Below, piece after piece: positions 58,284 to 64,000 of a DNA stretch of 64,000 nt. This DNA comes from a bacterium (lineage in GTDB: Bacteria; Patescibacteriota; Dojkabacteria; SC72). The DNA lies in the NCBI GenBank assembly GCA_021107795.1, contig JAIOSB010000021.1:5249-69248 (forward strand), in the 5' to 3' direction. A program made the position numbers and the translations under genes. Position 1 is the stretch's first letter. Every line of letters begins with the position of its first letter. Under the pieces are notes generated by a model. That model ran no database searches. It was not told the origin of the DNA and saw nothing but the letters and a program-made list of their open reading frames with translations.

Positions 58284-59942
58284 TTAATGACATTCCTTAC
58301 TACACGCCTCTACAAAACCCATGAACAGTGGGTGAGGTGCTAAGAATCTACTCTTTAATTCTGGATGGTACTGAGTAGCTACAAAGAAAGGATGAACGCT
58401 CTTAGGAAGCTCTATAGCCTCTACTAATGTACCATCTGGACTCTGACCACTAACTACAACACCAGCACTCACCAATCTTTCTCTATACTCATTATTAACC
58501 TCATACCTATGCCTATGCCTTTCCTGCACAAGTGGTAAAGCATCAAACAACTCATTCTTGTACTTTGTGTATAACTCTTCTAATATCGAGCCCTTCTTAA
58601 CAATACAAGGCCATGCTCCAAGACGTATAGTGCCCCCATACTTCTTGTTCTCAATATTCTCTTTCTGATCATCCATTAAATGGATAACGGGATGTACAGT
58701 ATCAGAATCAACTTCTTGAGAATTAGCATCTTTAAGATCTAACATATTCCTTGCGAATTCAATTACTGCCATCTGCATACCGTAACACAAACCAAGAAAT
58801 GGAATTTTTTCTTCTCGTAATATCTTAATACAATCTATTTTACCCTCAGCCCCTCTAGAGCCCCATCCCTGTGGGACTATCACACCATCCATACTCTTTA
58901 ACTCCTCCCTCACACTCTCATCATCTAAGCTATCTGCTACAAACCACTTAATATTTGCCCTATACCCCTGCTCCCAACAAGCGTGATCAATTGCCTCAAG
59001 AACAGAAACATAAGAGTCCTTTAGATCAAACTTCCCACTCTTGAAATATTTACCTACAATAGCGATATTAAGATCTTTTTCGATAGAGTGGATCTTTTCT
59101 ACCTTCTTAGTCCACTGCTCAAGTAATTTTGTACGTTTTGTTTTCAAGTTCAACATATCTACAATCTTCTTACCAAAATTGTAACCGCTGTAGCTTACAG
59201 GGACATCGTAGATATATTCGACGTCAGGTGCAGGCACTATATTTTCTTTAGGTACTAGACAGTAAGTACTTAGTTTCTCAATCCTAACGTCATCAATTTG
59301 GGAATGTGCCCTTGCGATAAGGAAATCAGGAAGTATTCCATGCGAATTAAGAAGTTGAGTAGATATTTGTACTGGCTTACTCTTCATTTCTCCCAAAGTA
59401 GAAGGGAGGGGGAGATAGGAGAGATGAACATGGATTACATCATCACCCAATCGTGCTTTCATGATTTTGTTAGCCTCTAGGAATAAAGCGTTACCAACCT
59501 CTCCAACTGTACCACCAATCTCGACAATGGTGACATCCGCTTCCTGTTCGTCTGCCACATTCGTAATCCAAGTAACTATCTCATCTGGGACATGGTAGTC
59601 CAAACTTACCCATTTCCCATCATATGCAAGAGATCTTTCATCTTTGATAACCTTTTCGAGTACAGCACCACATGTCATAGAGTTCGGACGAGAGAATGTT
59701 TGATTAAGGAATCTCTCATAAGTACCAATATCCATATCAGTCTCAAATCCGTCTTCTAATACAAACGTCTCCCCATGCTCTAGAGGATTCATAGTACCAG
59801 CATCGACATTGAGGTATGGGTCGGCCTTTATGATTGTCACTTTTAAACCTTGCGCTTTAAGAAGGAAGGCTATAGAGGAAGATGTTATACCCTTGCCAAT
59901 TCCTGAAATTACACCACCAGACACAAAGATATATTTAGACAT
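58284..59942 (-). CDS. pyrG: CTP synthase
   Basis: MSKYIFVSGGVISGIGKGI...; GATase GLCYGMQ. Confidence 0.95.
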   Translation of the reverse strand: MSKYIFVSGGVISGIGKGITSSSIAFLLKAQGLKVTIIKADPYLNVDAGTMNPLEHGETFVLEDGFETDMDIGTYERFLNQTFSRPNSMTCGAVLEKVIKDERSLAYDGKWVSLDYHVPDEIVTWITNVADEQEADVTIVEIGGTVGEVGNALFLEANKIMKARLGDDVIHVHLSYLPLPSTLGEMKSKPVQISTQLLNSHGILPDFLIARAHSQIDDVRIEKLSTYCLVPKENIVPAPDVEYIYDVPVSYSGYNFGKKIVDMLNLKTKRTKLLEQWTKKVEKIHSIEKDLNIAIVGKYFKSGKFDLKDSYVSVLEAIDHACWEQGYRANIKWFVADSLDDESVREELKSMDGVIVPQGWGSRGAEGKIDCIKILREEKIPFLGLCYGMQMAVIEFARNMLDLKDANSQEVDSDTVHPVIHLMDDQKENIENKKYGGTIRLGAWPCIVKKGSILEELYTKYKNELFDALPLVQERHRHRYEVNNEYRERLVSAGVVVSGQSPDGTLVEAIELPKSVHPFFVATQYHPELKSRFLAPHPLFMGFVEACSKECH

Positions 59943-59972
59943 ATGAAAAACTATTAGAGGTTATTCAATACT

Positions 59973-60839
59973 CTACTCGAACTTTCTCTTAAAATCAATA
60001 CCCTTTACATGCAACTTCTTCCCTGATCTACCTAAATCTTTTTCATATCTTTGTGCATAGTCTCTGTATTTAAATATCCTCTTCTTTCTTTGTTTTACTG
60101 GAAAATGTCCTGCCATACCAATTCCACCTATACACCCACCATCACAAGTAAGTAAATCTAAAAACTTGTAGTGTTTGTACCAACCATCTTTGAACCCATC
60201 GAATATTTTAGTTACCTCTTTCATATCATCCCCAATTAAAATATCCTTCTTCTTTAAAATCTTGTTGGAGTGTAAGGTAGCAGAGAGCCCTCCTGATACT
60301 GGATAGATCTTGGTGTAATCATTGTAGAACTTATCAAACGTCTTTAAATACTTCCTGGCAGTAATCTTCTCTGGGATTTTGTAATCAGTAAAGAGTTGGT
60401 CTAGTTCCTTGTAGGTAAGTGCACTGTCAATGCCTCCTAGCTCTTGTGCCTCAATCTTTTTTGTAAGACAGGGTCCAATGAAGACTTGTTTGTACTTGGG
60501 ATATATCTTTTTACATATGAATGACATACAGCCCATTGGGGAGTGTGCAGGCATTAGATTTCTAATAAGGTGTGGATATTTAACCCTGATTAGGTTTACA
60601 AGGGTAGGGCATGGAGATGCTATCCAGGTACGATCTATATCATCTTTGAGTATGGAGTAGTAGGTAAGATTAGTCATTTTAGCTCCAAAGGTAAGTTCTA
60701 CCACCGTATTAAAGCCCAGTGCTCGTATTCTATATATTACTTCAGGGTAGTCGTAGTCTGCTACAAAAGATGGGGCTAGCATACATACCACATCCTTTTT
60801 ACTATTCAAAATCTTTTTACAGGTAGCTAGGTGATCCAT
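59973..60839 (-). CDS. [FeFe]-hydrogenase H-cluster-domain-like protein (minimal, no accessory domains)
   Basis: CMLAPSF...ALGFNTVVELTFGA (H-domain start), IASPCP (L1 variant of TSCCP), IGPCLTKKIEAQ (L2 MPCxxKKFEA), LLTCDGGCIGGIG (L3). Track ORF extends to 60881 with a TTG; ATG at 60837-39 preferred. Confidence 0.5.
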   Translation of the reverse strand: MDHLATCKKILNSKKDVVCMLAPSFVADYDYPEVIYRIRALGFNTVVELTFGAKMTNLTYYSILKDDIDRTWIASPCPTLVNLIRVKYPHLIRNLMPAHSPMGCMSFICKKIYPKYKQVFIGPCLTKKIEAQELGGIDSALTYKELDQLFTDYKIPEKITARKYLKTFDKFYNDYTKIYPVSGGLSATLHSNKILKKKDILIGDDMKEVTKIFDGFKDGWYKHYKFLDLLTCDGGCIGGIGMAGHFPVKQRKKRIFKYRDYAQRYEKDLGRSGKKLHVKGIDFKRKFE

Positions 60840-60886
60840 GTATAAATATATCATTAAATATCTATAAATGACTAGGTACAATATTC

Positions 60887-61420
60887 ATGATACACTGGAG
60901 TATGTTACAAGCTATTGATATACAGAGTAATAGGTTAGTAAATATCTTAAGGAAGGAGTGGGTACAGATTACATTACTGACCTCCCTTTCTATCTTCGCT
61001 CCTATGGTATTAAAATCGCCTCAGCTTCTAGTGGGTAGTGTTGTTAATCTTGTTTTAACATATTCTGTACTTAAGTTAGGGTTTAAGAAGACTCTTCCTT
61101 CTGTACTTCTTCCTTCTTTAGTTGCATTTAGTAGTAGTGTTCTTTTTGGTGGAGCTACTTACTTCTTAATCTATTTCTTTCCTGTGATATTTATAGGTAA
61201 TGCAATATACATATTGTTAATTGAGAATCTTAGGGCTGGTTTTTTAAGTATTGTAGTTGGTAGTGTTTGTAAGGCGTTGTTACTTTTTCTCTTTGCTTAT
61301 ATTTTCGTAAATCATTTCAATTTGCCAAGAATATTTCTTTCGAGTATGGGGTATATGCAGTTAGTAACTGCTATGATTGGTGGATATGTAGGGTATGGGA
61401 TATCTAAGGTAAACATTTAA
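60887..61420 (+). CDS. hypothetical polytopic membrane protein (possible ECF-transporter S-component-like)
   Basis: 177 aa, about 5-6 hydrophobic helices; no motif recognised. Confidence 0.3.
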   Translation: MIHWSMLQAIDIQSNRLVNILRKEWVQITLLTSLSIFAPMVLKSPQLLVGSVVNLVLTYSVLKLGFKKTLPSVLLPSLVAFSSSVLFGGATYFLIYFFPVIFIGNAIYILLIENLRAGFLSIVVGSVCKALLLFLFAYIFVNHFNLPRIFLSSMGYMQLVTAMIGGYVGYGISKVNI

Positions 61421-61504
61421 CCACTTCAAACCTCTATTGACTCCTAAGCGAAGAAAAAGTAAAATCTTACTAGAATGTTACAAATAATTTAATTCATACT
61501 CCAT

Positions 61505-64000
61505 ATGAAAATAAAGAAATCTTTCATTAAATTATCTGCCACTGTTCCTAATGTCTTACTCCTGCTGTCCATATTAACTTCCAGTGTGTTCTTCCCTGCA
61601 ACTGTGATTGCCCAAGAAATAGATCAATTACCTGAAACAGAGGTTGTAGTAGATATACCTCTTGATGAATCAGAGGACATATTAGAAGAGGGTATAGCTA
61701 CAGGACCAGTCGAAGAAGTATTGGGTACTCGAGATGATATAAAGCCTCCTCTAGAAAAAAAGAAGGCCCTTGATCCTTCGCTTGAAGCACCTACAAACCT
61801 AGGATGGAATATAAGGTCTAAATCTTTAAATACTCCTGGAGAAAGACCCGTCGATATAGCATGTGGAGGAACTACAAACGCAGACTACTACACATATGGT
61901 GATGGGAAAATTTCTCACAATTGGGAACTATCTAATGCTCCGGTCAATGCTCTATACCAAAGAGAATGGAAGACCCCTGGTAGTGGAACTTGGACAACTG
62001 ATGGATATGCATACACAAACGATCACACAGACTTCTCCACCTTTGGTAGTTCAGAAGGGACAGAAGGTGAATGGAACACAAGAGTAAGAGCATGGATAGA
62101 TATAGATGGGAATGGTTTACTAGACGAAAGTATTGATGAATATTCTCATTGGAGTAATGATTGTCAAGTTACATATGATAGGACTAGACCAGCAATTACA
62201 TTAGATTTACCATTACAAGATTCTTTACATTCAGGTACTGTAGGTCTTCAAGCTACCGGAACTGAAGAATTAGATTACATTAACTTCTGGTGGAAAGCAG
62301 AAGGAGAAGATTACTCTAATACAGCACCACATAGGAGATATCACTATATTTATGATAATGGAATACAATTTAAGTGGAGCTTAGACACATTACACGCAGA
62401 AATGTGGGGTAATGATGGTACATATCATATGACTGATGGAGATTACTACTTTTATGCAGCCGGTAAAGATGTAGCAGGAAATTGGGCTAGAACAGATGAA
62501 ATAAAGATTATAGTGGATAATACACCACCAGACGCTCCACACCTGATTACTCCCCTAAACAATAGCTTTGTTAATGGTTCTTCATTAACTTCTCAGTGGA
62601 GTCCTATCTCCGATGCAGATTATTACATCTATGAAAGCTACCATGATGCTGGAGCAACAGACTTAAGATATCATAATACATACACTTCCACTTCTAAGAC
62701 TGCTACCAATGTTGCAAATGCAATATTTTGGTGGAGAGTAAAATCTGTTGATGAGGCAGGGAATGAAAGTGATTGGAGTGATTTATGGAAAGTAACTATT
62801 GATAATGATGCTCCAGAAGTAGAAATTACATCACACAACGATGGAGATATTGTAAACGGTTTACAGAAAATTAGCAGTAAGGTTTTTGACGTTAACCTCT
62901 CACACTACTGGTTTGTAATCGAAGACTCTTCTGGAACCACAGTTGCTGGACCAGGACCTGTACACAATGATGGTCCAGTTGTATTACCAACATTCGATTG
63001 GGATACTACAGGAGTAGATGATGGAATATATACAATAAAGTTAGAAGCTAGAGATAAAGCAGGAAACAAAGATCCAAACCAAGCCTCTGTACCAGCCGAT
63101 CCAGGGGTAGAGAATGATTCTGTAGACTGGGTAGAATTAACCGTAGATAATACAGCTCCTGAATCTACTTTTGATCCAAATATTTCAGGTCAAACATTTA
63201 ATTCCCTAATTAAAATATCTGGATATTCGGATGATAAGTTTAGTCATATTGTAGGTGTAAATCTTTACTACAGCCCATCTGGTGAAGATGAATGGGAACT
63301 AATAGATAAAATAGAGAATACAACACACTCTATCACTCCTACATTGTTCAGGTGGTCTTACGCATGGACCCCAACAAAAGATGGAACTTATGATATAAAA
63401 GCATCTGCATATGATGAATTAGGAAATGAAGAAAGTAGTCCAATAATGACAAATATTACATTTGATAGTACAGCACCTAATGTAGGTCCTATAAGGATAG
63501 TAAGAGATTATGCAGGGTTATATATTAATGGTTGGACAGGATTTACTGGTAGTGCAAAAGTTACAGATTCTCTTTCTCTAGTAAATACAAACTCCTGCGA
63601 ATACATGAGAGATGGAACTAACTGGCTTAAGGGAGATTATACACCTTGGAACAGTAGGTGCAATTTCTACATAATGGGGAGACTAGATGATGCAGAAGTA
63701 TTAGATATGAATGTAAGAGTAAGTGATAATGCAGGGAACAGAGGAGAAGGAACGCAAATAGCAAGAACTGCAGATTCACAACTTCCAAGTGTAGACGTCG
63801 ATATTCCTAACCTTTTCTACGGCCCCAAGACATTTGAAGCAAGCTCGACAATACAAGGCTCAGCAAGTGACACAGTAAGCAAAGTTCGATTAGTAAGAGT
63901 ATCATTACAAAGAAGCGACGATGGCAAATATTGGAGAAGAACATGGAATCCTTACTCTAGCTATGCCTGGAGAAAAGGACCTCAACCACGCAACAATGTG
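61505..64000 (+). CDS. large secreted protein with repeated Ig-like/adhesin-type domains (3' end cut by window edge)
   Basis: Hand-translated open frame from ATG 61505 to window end (832 codons, frame spot-checked at six places); signal peptide MKIKKSFIKLSATVPNVLLLLSILTSSVFFPATVIAQE; recurring ...AGN...W...VTIDNTAP... domain starts. Confidence 0.5.
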   Translation, partial: MKIKKSFIKLSATVPNVLLLLSILTSSVFFPATVIAQEIDQLPETEVVVDIPLDESEDILEEGIATGPVEEVLGTRDDIKPPLEKKKALDPSLEAPTNLGWNIRSKSLNTPGERPVDIACGGTTNADYYTYGDGKISHNWELSNAPVNALYQREWKTPGSGTWTTDGYAYTNDHTDFSTFGSSEGTEGEWNTRVRAWIDIDGNGLLDESIDEYSHWSNDCQVTYDRTRPAITLDLPLQDSLHSGTVGLQATGTEELDYINFWWKAEGEDYSNTAPHRRYHYIYDNGIQFKWSLDTLHAEMWGNDGTYHMTDGDYYFYAAGKDVAGNWARTDEIKIIVDNTPPDAPHLITPLNNSFVNGSSLTSQWSPISDADYYIYESYHDAGATDLRYHNTYTSTSKTATNVANAIFWWRVKSVDEAGNESDWSDLWKVTIDNDAPEVEITSHNDGDIVNGLQKISSKVFDVNLSHYWFVIEDSSGTTVAGPGPVHNDGPVVLPTFDWDTTGVDDGIYTIKLEARDKAGNKDPNQASVPADPGVENDSVDWVELTVDNTAPESTFDPNISGQTFNSLIKISGYSDDKFSHIVGVNLYYSPSGEDEWELIDKIENTTHSITPTLFRWSYAWTPTKDGTYDIKASAYDELGNEESSPIMTNITFDSTAPNVGPIRIVRDYAGLYINGWTGFTGSAKVTDSLSLVNTNSCEYMRDGTNWLKGDYTPWNSRCNFYIMGRLDDAEVLDMNVRVSDNAGNRGEGTQIARTADSQLPSVDVDIPNLFYGPKTFEASSTIQGSASDTVSKVRLVRVSLQRSDDGKYWRRTWNPYSSYAWRKGPQPRNNV

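Noticed and set aside
60840-60881. TTG start at 60879-81 for the hydrogenase-like gene as in the ORF track
   Set aside because: In-frame ATGs at 60852-54 and 60837-39 are closer to where the conserved H-domain begins. The N-terminal 14 residues MYLVIYRYLMIYLY are low-complexity. Start left uncertain.
1-64000. CRISPR array or cas genes
   Set aside because: No regularly spaced direct repeats and no cas-like proteins seen anywhere in the window.

Overview
This 64 kb window comes from a low-GC (about 35%), gene-dense bacterial chromosome. It uses the standard genetic code: TAG, TAA and TGA all act as stops. Overall gene content suggests a Candidate Phyla Radiation (CPR) / Patescibacteria-like anaerobe, though this is an inference:
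- L19 carries a lysine-rich tail.
- Ribonucleotide reduction is anaerobic (NrdR-NrdD-NrdG).
- A 2-oxoacid:ferredoxin oxidoreductase plus ADP-forming acetyl-CoA synthetase module is present.
- There is a sortase and many large secreted proteins.
- Genes are compact and often overlap.

I call about 60 CDS, three tRNAs (Gly-UCC, Gln-UUG, Pro-UGG) and no CRISPR array. Housekeeping genes include dnaE, uvrB, uvrC, mutL, lexA, a recD-like helicase, a DnaQ-like exonuclease, a Xer-like recombinase, murD-murC-murE-like, pyrG, gpmI, obg, trxB, map, mnmA, rplS and rsmI-like.

The most interesting locus is at 1.1-3.7 kb and looks like an undescribed RiPP (ranthipeptide/sactipeptide-type) biosynthetic cluster. 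It comprises:
- A radical-SAM/SPASM enzyme with an N-terminal extension.
- A 41-aa acidic, Cys-containing peptide (two Cys-x3-Asp motifs) with a strong AGGAG ribosome-binding site.
- A GC-rich stem-loop immediately after the peptide gene.
- A secreted HExxH protein that could be the leader peptidase.

Other notable points:
- nrdD is interrupted by an in-frame TAG. Its essential glycyl-radical C-terminus sits in-frame as a separate 40-aa ORF with its own ATG.
- A tandem pair of palindromic NrdR-box-like sites lies upstream of nrdR.
- Four GTATAC-core palindromes cluster in 70 bp between lexA and a divergent DUF4870 membrane protein; this is a candidate new SOS operator motif.
- A 290-aa H-cluster-domain-only [FeFe]-hydrogenase-like protein has an altered L1 motif.
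- A cell-surface module combines a sortase, a two-lamin-tail-domain protein with an LSDTG sorting signal, and a 1102-aa collagen-repeat protein.
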